Origin: Bacteroidota bacterium
GTDB taxonomy: Bacteria > Bacteroidota > Bacteroidia > Chitinophagales > JADIYW01
DNA length: 64,000 bases
NCBI GenBank assembly: GCA_039797705.1
Contig: JBDKHK010000014.1
Location: forward strand, 10,758-74,757
Direction: 5' to 3'
Shown here: positions 48,410-58,294 of the stretch, one piece after another
Layout: each line of letters opens with the position of its first letter
Numbering within the stretch: position 1 is the stretch's first letter
Program-made: the position numbers and the translations under genes
Notes under the pieces: model-generated
Database searches by the model: none
Seen by the model: only the letters and a program-made list of their open reading frames with translations
Told to the model about the DNA's origin: nothing

Positions 48410-49810
48410 TTATGCTAATAAAGTTGCTTTTACCGTATCGAGTAATTCAATAACGGATGCTCTATCTTTTGCTTGCCCATAAACGCGCAATACCGGTTCT
48501 GTTCCAGATGCACGAATCATTGTCCAAGCACCATCGGGTAAGAAATATTTCCAACCATCAATATCTTCTTTCCGTTCAATCGTATATTTTCCAAAATTTT
48601 TATAAACATCGGTTTTGCAATTAGCAATTACCTTTTGTTTTATTTCTTCTGAAATATGTAAATCATAACGGTCATAGTCAAATGTACCAACGATGTTATA
48701 AACTTCTTGAATGAGCTCTTTGATTGTTTTTTTAGTTTTAGCCATAAATTCCATTAACACTAATGCCATCCATACGCCGTCACGTTCTGGAATATGTCCT
48801 TTTACAGCAATTCCACCACTTTCTTCACCGCCTACTAAGACATCTTCATTTATCATGATTTCGCAGATATATTTGAAGCCAACAGCAGTTACTTCGCATG
48901 GGAGATGGTAGGCATCACATAGTTTTTTTACTTTATCAGAAACGGTAAATGAAATAGCTACTTTGCCCGTCATTCCTTTGTATTGGTGCAAATAATGAAT
49001 TAATAATAAAATGATATGATGCGAATCTATGAAGTTTCCTTCATTGTCATAACAACCAATTCTATCTGCATCGCCATCGTTGGCAAAACCAAATTCTATA
49101 TCTGTGGAATTTTTGATTACTTCAGAAAATTCTAATAAATTTTTGTGCAAAGGCTCTGGAGCTTGTCCATGAAATCCGGGATTTTCTTCGCAATGCAAGT
49201 AAACCAAATTTTTCGGCAATAGTCTTCTCGTTATTTTTTGTCCAGCACCGTACATGGCATCGTATCCAAAAACCATACCGCTGTTTCGGATAGCGGTCAT
49301 ATCAAAAGAGGCTTCCACGTGATTAAAATACAGTGTTTCTAAATCTACATATTCTAATAATCCTTTTGTCATCCATTCTTCTAAGCTTGTTGTAGGAATA
49401 GTAGTTTGCTCCGGTATTAATGCCTCTACTGTTGCAATCTCAGCAGGCGTACTGGGCCCTCCAAAGTTAGATTTTAATTTAAATCCGTTATATGTAGGCG
49501 GGTTGTGAGAGGCAGTAATGACAACTCCTGCAGTAGTATTTAATTTTACACATCCTAACGAAATCATTGGAGTGGAGCAGATACCTTTGTGTGCATATAC
49601 TTTAACGCCTTGCTCGCAAAGTACCTTTATGGTGGTTTCTACAAATAGAGGACCTCCAAATCTGCAATCATGACCAATAGTAATACTTGGTTGAGTAGAG
49701 ATAGATTTAACCCATTGCGCCGTTGCAAATGCTACGCGTGCAACATTGTCTGTTGTAAAATCTTGTGCTATAATGGCTCTCCAGCCATCTGTACCGAATT
49801 TTATTTGCAT
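48410..49810 (-). CDS. Phosphoglucomutase/phosphomannomutase family protein
   Basis: FGTDGWRA, TASHNPPTYNGFK (phosphoserine loop), ANDGDADR (metal loop) and GGEESGG. Confidence 0.9.
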   Translation of the reverse strand: MQIKFGTDGWRAIIAQDFTTDNVARVAFATAQWVKSISTQPSITIGHDCRFGGPLFVETTIKVLCEQGVKVYAHKGICSTPMISLGCVKLNTTAGVVITASHNPPTYNGFKLKSNFGGPSTPAEIATVEALIPEQTTIPTTSLEEWMTKGLLEYVDLETLYFNHVEASFDMTAIRNSGMVFGYDAMYGAGQKITRRLLPKNLVYLHCEENPGFHGQAPEPLHKNLLEFSEVIKNSTDIEFGFANDGDADRIGCYDNEGNFIDSHHIILLLIHYLHQYKGMTGKVAISFTVSDKVKKLCDAYHLPCEVTAVGFKYICEIMINEDVLVGGEESGGIAVKGHIPERDGVWMALVLMEFMAKTKKTIKELIQEVYNIVGTFDYDRYDLHISEEIKQKVIANCKTDVYKNFGKYTIERKEDIDGWKYFLPDGAWTMIRASGTEPVLRVYGQAKDRASVIELLDTVKATLLA

Positions 49811-49827
49811 AATAATTAATTGAGGAA

Positions 49828-49835
49828 CAAAGGTA
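49828..49835 (-). promoter_or_regulatory. -7 box TACCTTTG upstream of the PGM/PMM gene
   Basis: The minus strand reads TACCTTTG 17 nt before the ATG. Confidence 0.45.
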
Positions 49836-50028
49836 AAGTATTTTTTAAAAATGGATTATAGAATTTCAATACCATTTACCCATACTTTTTATTTCTAATT
49901 TTTTTCAATTTTTAAAGCAATATTTGTGCAATCCTAATTTCATTTATTCTTTGAATTTTAGGTAGATAAAAAAAACAATCCATCAAATCAAAAGATGTCT
50001 CTGCTGCATATTAGGTTATATATATATA

Positions 50029-51054
50029 TTAGAAAGGCAGCTCAATCGTCAATGGATCTATGAGTTCGTATGTGTATTCATTTTCCAAAAAACTAATAGG
50101 CGCATTGGGATAGGCGTGAATATCGTTTTTTTGCAAACCCCAGGGTTTCCAATATTCCGTTAATACATCTGCAAATAAATTATTGTCCCATACGCCTAAT
50201 GCAGGTTGGTTATTTTCACTTTCATACGGAATAGTTTCAATGGCAAGGCTGTTTTCTGTTTCTTTTAATTTGTATCTTCTTTTATGAAGTAATAAGTAAT
50301 TAGAATAAGCAAACCGTGCATTCAGCTCTTCAAATTGAATAGGATGAAGCACTGTAGTTCCAATTTTTTGTAACAATTCATTTTCTCGTTGCTTAATAAA
50401 ATCATTGTCTTGTAATAAAGCAATGATACCAAAACCATTGGTGCCGAGTGTGAAAAATAAATTAATAGCATCTCCTTTGTAATTAAAAACCTCTTTAGAG
50501 TATTGGAGTGGTACAATGGCAATGCTCCATGGTTTTAATGCACTGAAAGTAATAGGAGCAATAAGAGATTGCAACATAATATGAAATAAACTAAATCGTT
50601 CTTTTAGTAAATCTGAAATACCAAATTCTAAATTTCTTTTTTCTTTTTTCTTTTTTTCAATTAATAAATCATGAAACAAAATGCCGTAAATGATTTTCCC
50701 CATCCATAAAAAAAGTAATTGAGAATCTAATGCGGTTACCCCTTCATACCCTTTTTCAAAAGCGGTTTGTATTTTTTGCTCTAAATCGTTGAGTGCTTTT
50801 TTTACTTCCTCCGAGCAAGGTAGTTTTAAATCTTCATAATAGATGGCATTGTAATTATCCATCATAGTAAATTTTTTCCCACGCAGTTCATAATTATCTA
50901 AAACCCAATTGGGAAAAACAGTTACATATTCATCCTCTTTCGTTAAATCTGCACCAGTAAGAAAACAAGTTTTTTCATCAAAAATTAGATTTCCAATAGG
51001 ATTATAAAGTTGTACGGACATGGTAATAAAAATAGGTTGCTCAAAGGTAAACAT
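50029..51054 (-). CDS. Hypothetical protein, no recognised domain
   Basis: Long uninterrupted ORF (341 aa) with plausible composition. The start may be the internal Met at 51021. Confidence 0.6.
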   Translation of the reverse strand: MFTFEQPIFITMSVQLYNPIGNLIFDEKTCFLTGADLTKEDEYVTVFPNWVLDNYELRGKKFTMMDNYNAIYYEDLKLPCSEEVKKALNDLEQKIQTAFEKGYEGVTALDSQLLFLWMGKIIYGILFHDLLIEKKKKEKRNLEFGISDLLKERFSLFHIMLQSLIAPITFSALKPWSIAIVPLQYSKEVFNYKGDAINLFFTLGTNGFGIIALLQDNDFIKQRENELLQKIGTTVLHPIQFEELNARFAYSNYLLLHKRRYKLKETENSLAIETIPYESENNQPALGVWDNNLFADVLTEYWKPWGLQKNDIHAYPNAPISFLENEYTYELIDPLTIELPF

Positions 51055-51077
51055 TCCGATATAGATTGAAAAAAATA

Positions 51078-51110
51078 TGTTGCTTTATAAAGAATTTATA
51101 TTCAGCAACA
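51078..51110. terminator. Terminator-like hairpin with T-runs on both strands
   Basis: Outer 7-bp stem tgttgct/agcaaca and inner 6-bp stem tataaa/tttata. T10 follows on the plus strand and tattttttt on the minus strand. It lies 24 nt upstream of the 341-aa ORF start. Confidence 0.5.
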
Positions 51111-51281
51111 CTTTTTTTTTAAAAATAAATTTATATTAAAAGACAGACAATCAATAAGTTGTAAATTATTTTAAAATTTTCTTTAAATATTTTATGGAAT
51201 CTATCTGCAATTAGTATCTCAATGGGTGAAAGTAACATAAAGGTGGTGTACTAAATCGCGAAAAGCACCAGATGTAACTTT

Positions 51282-51289
51282 CAAAAATA
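51282..51289 (-). promoter_or_regulatory. -7 box TATTTTTG on the minus strand in the ssb-divergent region
   Basis: The minus strand reads TATTTTTG about 230 nt upstream of the 341-aa ORF and about 170 nt upstream of the hairpin. Confidence 0.35.
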
Positions 51290-51322
51290 AATTGATTTTT
51301 AACGTAATTAAAATTATTAAAC

Positions 51323-51664
51323 ATGTCAGCTATCAGAAATCAAGTTCAGTTAATCGGTAATTTAGGTAAAAAACCGGAAATCAAATCCTTTGGAACGGAT
51401 AACAAAAAATTCGCTACATTCAGCGTTGCCACTTCAGATTATTATTTTGACAATAAAGGGGAACGCCAACAACAAACACAATGGCACAATGTAGTCGTGT
51501 GGGGCAAACAAGTAGATGTAGTAGAGAAATATTTAGATAAGGGCTCAGAAGTAGCACTGACCGGAAAAATTGTATATCGCCAGTATGAAGACAAAGACGG
51601 AGTGAAACGTACTATCACCGAAATCAATGTGAATGATATATTATTGCTCGGAAAGAAAAACTAA
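51323..51664 (+). CDS. ssb: Single-stranded DNA-binding protein, short form without acidic tail
   Basis: OB-fold pattern (NQVQLIGNLGKKPE...WHNVVVWGK...V.L.GKI.YRQYEDKDG). It ends in LLLGKKN with no Gly-rich linker or DDDIPF-type tip. Confidence 0.85.
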   Translation: MSAIRNQVQLIGNLGKKPEIKSFGTDNKKFATFSVATSDYYFDNKGERQQQTQWHNVVVWGKQVDVVEKYLDKGSEVALTGKIVYRQYEDKDGVKRTITEINVNDILLLGKKN

Positions 51665-51685
51665 AAAACCATCACTATGAAAAGA

Positions 51686-51714
51686 AACTGCACCCTGCGT
51701 GCAGTTTTTTTTAT
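51686..51714 (+). terminator. Rho-independent terminator, shared by convergent ssb and the DUF4442 gene
   Basis: 8-bp stem aactgcac/gtgcagtt with a 5-nt loop, followed by a T8 run. Confidence 0.75.
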
Positions 51715-52178
51715 TTTTCAAATACAAAATTTTTGTTTCGAACATAGACCACTTTTTCTACTTCAGCTACTAATTCTCCATTTTCTCCATTAATAGTTGT
51801 ATTGAATGTAAAATCTCCTTTTTCGTTTTTGTCCACATATTCTTTTATAGAAGCTATTTCCTCCAAAGGAATTTCAAACGTAGCCGTAACTGTTTTTAGC
51901 CCTGGTTTTCTAAAATGGATGGTTGCCGCTTTGTCCCAAACGATATAATCTTTGCCCAAATGCTCCATTAAAATAAACATATAAAATGGATCGCACATAC
52001 TGTAAAGAGAGCCACCAAAATGTGTGCCTACCGCATTTCTGTTAAACCATCTCATTTTTAGCTGCGAGGTGATACTCGTAAATTCTTTATTGACAGATTG
52101 GATGGTAATACCCGAACCTATGTAAGGAGGATACAAGTTGATTAGGTTGATATTTTTCTTTAAAGAAATCATTTTCAT
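51711..52178 (-). CDS. DUF4442-like hotdog-fold protein
   Basis: NAVGTHFGGSLYSMCDPFYMFILMEHLGKDYIVWDKAATIHFRKPG matches my memory of the DUF4442/thioesterase-like family. Confidence 0.6.
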   Translation of the reverse strand: MKMISLKKNINLINLYPPYIGSGITIQSVNKEFTSITSQLKMRWFNRNAVGTHFGGSLYSMCDPFYMFILMEHLGKDYIVWDKAATIHFRKPGLKTVTATFEIPLEEIASIKEYVDKNEKGDFTFNTTINGENGELVAEVEKVVYVRNKNFVFEK

Positions 52179-52281
52179 TCTTTTTACACTATTTAGGCAG
52201 TAAAATTAGCTTTTGAGCGTAACTTTTTGCAAGTATTCTATTTTATTAAAGCATAAACGATTATTTTAGCGCATTGTTACC

Positions 52282-53895
52282 ATGAGAAAAACGCTTTCCT
52301 TCTTGTTTATATTGATTGCTACAACTGCAATTGCACAACAACTCAATTTTCCGTTGAATTATGAAATGCAAAACAGATTAGAAAGGTACATCAATACTTC
52401 CTCCCGTTTTATTACCGCTTCTAAGCCATACAATATGGCAGAGGTAAAAGCAGCAATCGGCGATTCTGCTTTGCAGGAATTAGGCTTTATTACAGATTCC
52501 TCAAAATCGGGATTTAAAGTAGGGTTGCTAAAAGGAGATTTTCTTTCAGCTTCCACCAAACGGCAGAAATTTTATTTTGCACTCAATCCAGTATTAGATA
52601 TGCAGGTGGGATATGATATTAATAGCAAAAATATTCGTTATACTGCTGGTTATGGTTTAAAATTTGAAGCCAACCTAGGTAAAAAAGTTTCTTTGTCTTT
52701 TACTTATCAAGGAGTAACCGAAAATTATTTAAACCAAGTAAGTGAATATGCCTTAAAATATGGAGTGCTGACTGGCTATCGCAAAGCAGGATTTAAAGGA
52801 AATAGAATCAATTCCCAAATGTTCTCGGGATATTTATCTTTTTCACCCAATAAATATTTTAATTTACAAGTTGGAAACGACAAACAATTTTGGGGAGAAG
52901 GCTATCGCTCATTATTTTTGAGTGATAATGCTTCCAATATGCCTTATGTGAAAATGACCACTAATTTTTGGCGTATGAAATACACTTATTTATTTAATGT
53001 GATGCGATATGGCCCAATAGATGGTTTTTCTGTAAATAATGATCCAGCACAGTTTAAAACAAAATATTCTACCTTTCATTTAGTTTCCATTGATATTGCT
53101 AAATGGATGCAATTCAATTTTTTTGAAGGAGTAACTTGGTTTCACAACGATTCCATGCGTACCCGAGGAGTAGAATTTAGTTATCTAATCCCCGTTGCCT
53201 TTATTCGTCCTGTAGAGTTTGCATTAGGTTCTCCTGATAACGTGGTACTGGGAATAGGAATGAAATTTAAAGCCTCTCCAAAGCAAATTTTCTATACTCA
53301 ATTTATGTTGGATGATATGGATGTTGCAGCAGCCCGAAAAGGAAAAGGATTTTATCGTACCAAAATAGCTGCTCAATTCGGATACAAAGGTTATGATCTT
53401 TTTAAAGTAAAACACCTCGATTTTCAAACAGAATTGAATATAGTGCGACCCTTTGTGTATGCACATAAAGCACCAGAACAAAGCTATACTAATTACAACC
53501 AATCCTTAACACATCCATTAGGAGCCAATTTTTTAGAATCTGTCACTTTTATCAATTATTGGTATAAACATTGGACAGCATCTGCCAAATTACAATACGC
53601 CGTTCAGGGAAAAGATGGAACTTATGAACACAATGGAAGCAATATTTTTATTTCAGATTATTTAATTACACCAAACTTAGGAACAGCTTATGGCAATACG
53701 TTCTTGCAAGGTATCAAAACCCGAATGATTAATGTAGAAGCAAGAGGCGGCTATTTAATCAATCCCAAAATTAATTTAGCTATAGAAGCTTTTATTAATT
53801 ATCGATATCAAAAAAACTCATTTATTAGACAGGATAATCTATTTATGGGAATCAGCTTTAGAACCAATATGTTCAATCGTTATACTGATTTCTGA
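52282..53895 (+). CDS. Outer-membrane beta-barrel protein (possibly capsule-assembly Wzi-like)
   Basis: Signal peptide, alternating amphipathic strands rich in Y/G/N, and a C-terminal aromatic residue (RYTDF). The Wzi assignment is tentative. Confidence 0.5.
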   Translation: MRKTLSFLFILIATTAIAQQLNFPLNYEMQNRLERYINTSSRFITASKPYNMAEVKAAIGDSALQELGFITDSSKSGFKVGLLKGDFLSASTKRQKFYFALNPVLDMQVGYDINSKNIRYTAGYGLKFEANLGKKVSLSFTYQGVTENYLNQVSEYALKYGVLTGYRKAGFKGNRINSQMFSGYLSFSPNKYFNLQVGNDKQFWGEGYRSLFLSDNASNMPYVKMTTNFWRMKYTYLFNVMRYGPIDGFSVNNDPAQFKTKYSTFHLVSIDIAKWMQFNFFEGVTWFHNDSMRTRGVEFSYLIPVAFIRPVEFALGSPDNVVLGIGMKFKASPKQIFYTQFMLDDMDVAAARKGKGFYRTKIAAQFGYKGYDLFKVKHLDFQTELNIVRPFVYAHKAPEQSYTNYNQSLTHPLGANFLESVTFINYWYKHWTASAKLQYAVQGKDGTYEHNGSNIFISDYLITPNLGTAYGNTFLQGIKTRMINVEARGGYLINPKINLAIEAFINYRYQKNSFIRQDNLFMGISFRTNMFNRYTDF

Positions 53896-53948
53896 TTTTT
53901 TATAAAAAAATTTATGGAATTTAACTACTCATGGTCTCTAAATAGACA

Positions 53949-55061
53949 ATGAGTAATGAATTGTTTTACAGTATTGCCCTCAGCCAAATAAAAGGCGTCG
54001 GTAATACCAATGCGAAAATATTAATAAGTTATACCGGAAGTGCCGAGCAAGTATTCAAAGAACCTGAATCTCGCTTACAAAGAATAAACGGTGTTGGGCC
54101 CAAATTAGCTGCCGCATTTAAAGAAAAAAAAGAAGCATTTGAACGTGCAGAACAAGAAATGCTTTTTATAGAAAAACAACAAATTCAGGCATTGTTATAT
54201 TATGACAAACAATATCCAAAACGTTTATTGAATTGTTCCGATGCACCATTGATACTATTCTGTAAAGGGAATTTTGATTTCAATAAAGAAAAATTTATCA
54301 GTATTATTGGAACACGACATGCTACAGAACGAGGTAGAGAAATCACTGAAAAACTGATAGCAGAATTGGCAAAATACGAAATCAATTTAGTGAGCGGATT
54401 AGCTTTTGGAATTGATATTTGCGCACACCAAGCAGCCAGTAAACATCAAGTACAAAATATTGCAGCTTTGGCACATGGATTAGATAGAATATATCCATCT
54501 CTACATAAAAATATTGCAGAAGAATTACAATGGAATGGTGCTTTAATTTCCGATTATATGAGTGGCACTGTCCCAGATAAACAAAACTTTCCCAGCAGAA
54601 ACCGTATTGTAGCAGGCATGACAGATGCCACCATTGTGGTGGAATCTGCCATTACCGGCGGCGCATTGATCACCGCAGAAATTGCCAATAACTATAATAA
54701 AGATGTATTTGCATTTCCCGGCAGAATAACAGATAAATATGCACAAGGCTGTCTAAAATTGATAAAACAACACAAAGCACAATTAATTACTTCTGCTCAA
54801 GATATTATTGAAAGTATGAATTGGGATATGGATACTAATGAAACTAAAAAACCAAAAATTCAACAAGAATTATTTTTAGAACTAACAGAGCAAGAAAAAA
54901 AAGTATTTGATATTCTACAGCAGCAAGAAAAAATTTCTATTGATTTTTTAATGCAACATACCGAAATGACGTTGAGTAGTTTGTCTTCGAATCTATTACA
55001 ATTAGAAATGAAAGGAATAGTAATGGCTCTCCCGGGTAAACAGTATAAGTTATCGGTGTAA
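53949..55061 (+). CDS. dprA: DNA-processing protein DprA
   Basis: Rossmann-like DprA core (IIGTRHAT, SGLAFGIDICAHQAA, FPSRNRIVAGMTDATIVVES) plus a C-terminal winged-helix-like domain. Confidence 0.92.
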   Translation: MSNELFYSIALSQIKGVGNTNAKILISYTGSAEQVFKEPESRLQRINGVGPKLAAAFKEKKEAFERAEQEMLFIEKQQIQALLYYDKQYPKRLLNCSDAPLILFCKGNFDFNKEKFISIIGTRHATERGREITEKLIAELAKYEINLVSGLAFGIDICAHQAASKHQVQNIAALAHGLDRIYPSLHKNIAEELQWNGALISDYMSGTVPDKQNFPSRNRIVAGMTDATIVVESAITGGALITAEIANNYNKDVFAFPGRITDKYAQGCLKLIKQHKAQLITSAQDIIESMNWDMDTNETKKPKIQQELFLELTEQEKKVFDILQQQEKISIDFLMQHTEMTLSSLSSNLLQLEMKGIVMALPGKQYKLSV

Positions 55062-55204
55062 ATTTGTACTAACTACTAACTACACATATATCGGTATTTT
55101 TCTAAATATGACATAAATTGCGTTAATGCAATAATAAATTTATTACTGCCCATTTTTTTACATCAACATACAAGCATACATTAGCAGTAAAATATAATGT
55201 TTTT

Positions 55205-56494
55205 ATGCAAAAACGAAACTATAAAAGAGTAGAAAAAAATTCAGATGGAGCTTACTCTTATAAAATAATCGACATCGAATCGTATGATATTTTTGAAGAA
55301 CCTTTAGAGATTATTGTAACCGATATTAATGATTTACCACAAATTGGTGATGTTTTAGATGTGTTAGGATTTGTGCCAGATACTAAATACTTCTTTACTA
55401 AATGTCAAGATGTTATTACAGTACCAGAACATCATGTTAATGAAAAAGGACAAGGTAACTTTACCTTTCAAGCCTATTTTCACAATTTCCCAGATTCAGT
55501 ACTGTCTATCAATAACGATGCATTAGTTGTATTAGTTTTACACCCAACAGAATTGACCGCCAGTGGAAAACGTAATTATAATATTGTTGGGTATATTCAT
55601 GTAAACCGCATGGATATATTCCATGAAGGACAACGATATGATGGTTATTATTATAATATGCTTCGCGTAAGTGAGCGTGTAGAAAATAATAAAAAAATCT
55701 ATCGCCGTAAAAAGATTTTTACCTTAATGTTTAGCATCATGCATAGCATAGTAGGTGTGGAGAAAAATACCGCCTTTACTTATGGTGCTATGGGTAAAGA
55801 GAATCAAGCCATCAACGAAGCATTGGACTTAAATACCAAACTTTATGAAAAGCATTATGAAAAATGGTCCTTTTATAATAATACCCATATTAATAAAATT
55901 TTTGGAAAAAAATCAGCCTTTGCAAAATGTATTGATATTACAGAAGATAGAGAAAAATTACGCGAATATTATCATAAAATAAAAACCCAGAAGGATAAAT
56001 ATGTTTTTTTTCATATCAATTCAGAAGAAGAATTTTTTAAAACATTAGATAAAATTTTTGCTTACTCCAAATCGTCCAGAGTGTATATGGTGCCAGATGA
56101 AAATGGCAATATGGATGCAGTTTGTTTTGCTATCAATTGGGGAGATTATTTTGCATTACAATTACAAAATCCACAAGGGTTGTATAAAATGGTGGCAAAA
56201 ATGAAAATTACAGATAATATTTTATATCCTATTATGGTAGTAGGTTCCCCTAAAAATGCAGATACTTTATTAAAGGGAATTGCTTCACATTATAATAAAA
56301 CCTATAAATGCAAAGTAACTGTTCTGAATTCTTACGATGGAGATCCTTATTTTAAAACCAAAAAAAGTATGTTGAAAGATGATTATTTATTTTTGATTAT
56401 CTGTAATGATGTGAAGAAATTAAATGACATGAAAGAAAAATCTAAGGGCTTAGACGGAAATGTAAAGTTGTTTATAGATATTCCGTTGCTATAA
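55205..56494 (+). CDS. Hypothetical protein, no recognised domain
   Basis: 429-aa ORF with ordinary composition and no signal peptide or TM helix. I could assign no motif with confidence. Confidence 0.6.
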   Translation: MQKRNYKRVEKNSDGAYSYKIIDIESYDIFEEPLEIIVTDINDLPQIGDVLDVLGFVPDTKYFFTKCQDVITVPEHHVNEKGQGNFTFQAYFHNFPDSVLSINNDALVVLVLHPTELTASGKRNYNIVGYIHVNRMDIFHEGQRYDGYYYNMLRVSERVENNKKIYRRKKIFTLMFSIMHSIVGVEKNTAFTYGAMGKENQAINEALDLNTKLYEKHYEKWSFYNNTHINKIFGKKSAFAKCIDITEDREKLREYYHKIKTQKDKYVFFHINSEEEFFKTLDKIFAYSKSSRVYMVPDENGNMDAVCFAINWGDYFALQLQNPQGLYKMVAKMKITDNILYPIMVVGSPKNADTLLKGIASHYNKTYKCKVTVLNSYDGDPYFKTKKSMLKDDYLFLIICNDVKKLNDMKEKSKGLDGNVKLFIDIPLL

Positions 56495-56524
56495 TCTAAC
56501 TACATTTCATCCCATATTTCCCCT

Positions 56525-58294
56525 CTATTTCTTTTTGTTCAGCCTTCGGATTCGGTTGCTTTCAAAAAATATGCCTTTTTTTATATCTGCTTCAGTGAAT
56601 TTATCAGGAAGCACACCTCGGTCGAGGTTTCTGCTTTCTTTAGATTTGCTGAACTCGCCTGCTAATTCAGTAAATGTTTGTTGCAATGCATTTAAACTCC
56701 ATTGCCCAAATACATTGTGTCCGGCCTCATACATCTGCATTTGATATTCTTCCGTAGTAGTAATATATCCATTGTATTCATTGGAGTAAGGAGCTAACAC
56801 AACGTAGTCAATTCCCTTTGGTTTTAGGGCATCTTCTAATGTTTTCTTTAGCCTCCAACTTGCAACGGTAGTAATTTCAAAGGGAAAACCACAGATGGCA
56901 ATATTGCCTATTTTCAATATTTGTAAAGTCAGTACTTGTGGCGCCCAAGGTTTATCGCCTTCAAATCCTCCTTGTCTGGCTATTCTTTTTACATTGTAAA
57001 TAGATTCATCTACAAAACCAGGTAATGGAATGTCTTCTGGTGCTAAATCTCCTAAAAACTTTCGTTCACCTGTAGCCAGTCCTATGTCTTTTACACCTTG
57101 TGCTTTGTTTTTTCTCCATATATATTGCTCCTGCGCTTCACCTTGTTTTTTGGCATTATTTAATTCTTTTTTTCTTGCCCTTCTAACAATAATACGTGCA
57201 ATTTTACCTAAAAATAAAGGCAATCCTGGTCCATCCATGATAGAACCTTCCAAAAACGAAATACCCATGCAAGATGGGCTGGTTACGCATCCATCTTGTC
57301 CATTAGCAAAAGTAGGCTCTATATTGATATTGCTAAAATCTACATACATAGCAATACTATCTACTGTTTCGTCGGTAATAGCAGATAAGGAGGTTGATGT
57401 TATTTCTTTTGCTTTTTCAAATTGTAAATTTCCATTGAATTTCGAACTCTTTAAATCATCTGGAAAATAACCTTCCCATTTTCCACGTGGTGCTGGTAGT
57501 TTTTTATTGTATTTTACACGGGCAGAAACGTCTCCGCAAGCTCCTTGCGCAAAAGCAGCCACATAATTTTTATTCTCTTTTTTGAAATCTTCTTCCAGAT
57601 AAGTAGCTGCAAACCCTTTATTGTCAGAACATAATTTGTAAAAATTATTAGGAAGGCTGGAGGTGTGAACAGCAAACCAATTGACACTGCCGATAGGTTG
57701 TCCGCTTTCAGAAATAAAATGCATTAAGGTCATTTCTCTGTCCACCGCCAAATGACGAGTTTCATGTGTGTATTTAGTTACTTCAGGATTTTGATTGTAC
57801 GCATTTACCGTTCGGTTGAAACTTACCGGAATATCTGGTGCAAAAGCACTTTTTCCTATTTGTATTGTTCCTTTTTGTTTATTTTTTTCCGCCAACAAAA
57901 TGGATTCAATAATACCATTTACAATTTTAGTATAAATTCCAATGTGAAAACCCGGAGTAGCAGTATTGTAAATAACGTGATAAGAAAACCCGCTTGGCCC
58001 ACAATGCGTATGTTGGGCAGATAGCAATAAATTACTCGTATTATATTGTAATTCAGGATGATTTTTAGTTAGGTAATCCAATACACCTTGTTTGAGCGAT
58101 GGCGTGATAAAGCCCAACTCGCAGTTAACGAAACAAACTTTTTGGCTATTGTCTAATTGTTCAAAAATAAATGCACGAGCATATACAGGGGTTTCTACTT
58201 CTAATGCATAATGATGTGGTAATCCATATCCTAATAATCCTGCTCCCTTTACAAAAGCCGTGATATCACCTTTTCCTGTTCCAATTAATAACAT
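56525..58294 (-). CDS. Neutral/alkaline non-lysosomal ceramidase family protein
   Basis: GKGDITAFVKGAGLLGY...PVYARAFIF and LLSAQHTHCGPSGF match the neutral ceramidase N-terminal catalytic motifs. I preferred the ATG at 58294 over the TTG at 58312. No signal peptide is visible. Confidence 0.8.
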   Translation of the reverse strand: MLLIGTGKGDITAFVKGAGLLGYGLPHHYALEVETPVYARAFIFEQLDNSQKVCFVNCELGFITPSLKQGVLDYLTKNHPELQYNTSNLLLSAQHTHCGPSGFSYHVIYNTATPGFHIGIYTKIVNGIIESILLAEKNKQKGTIQIGKSAFAPDIPVSFNRTVNAYNQNPEVTKYTHETRHLAVDREMTLMHFISESGQPIGSVNWFAVHTSSLPNNFYKLCSDNKGFAATYLEEDFKKENKNYVAAFAQGACGDVSARVKYNKKLPAPRGKWEGYFPDDLKSSKFNGNLQFEKAKEITSTSLSAITDETVDSIAMYVDFSNINIEPTFANGQDGCVTSPSCMGISFLEGSIMDGPGLPLFLGKIARIIVRRARKKELNNAKKQGEAQEQYIWRKNKAQGVKDIGLATGERKFLGDLAPEDIPLPGFVDESIYNVKRIARQGGFEGDKPWAPQVLTLQILKIGNIAICGFPFEITTVASWRLKKTLEDALKPKGIDYVVLAPYSNEYNGYITTTEEYQMQMYEAGHNVFGQWSLNALQQTFTELAGEFSKSKESRNLDRGVLPDKFTEADIKKGIFFESNRIRRLNKKK

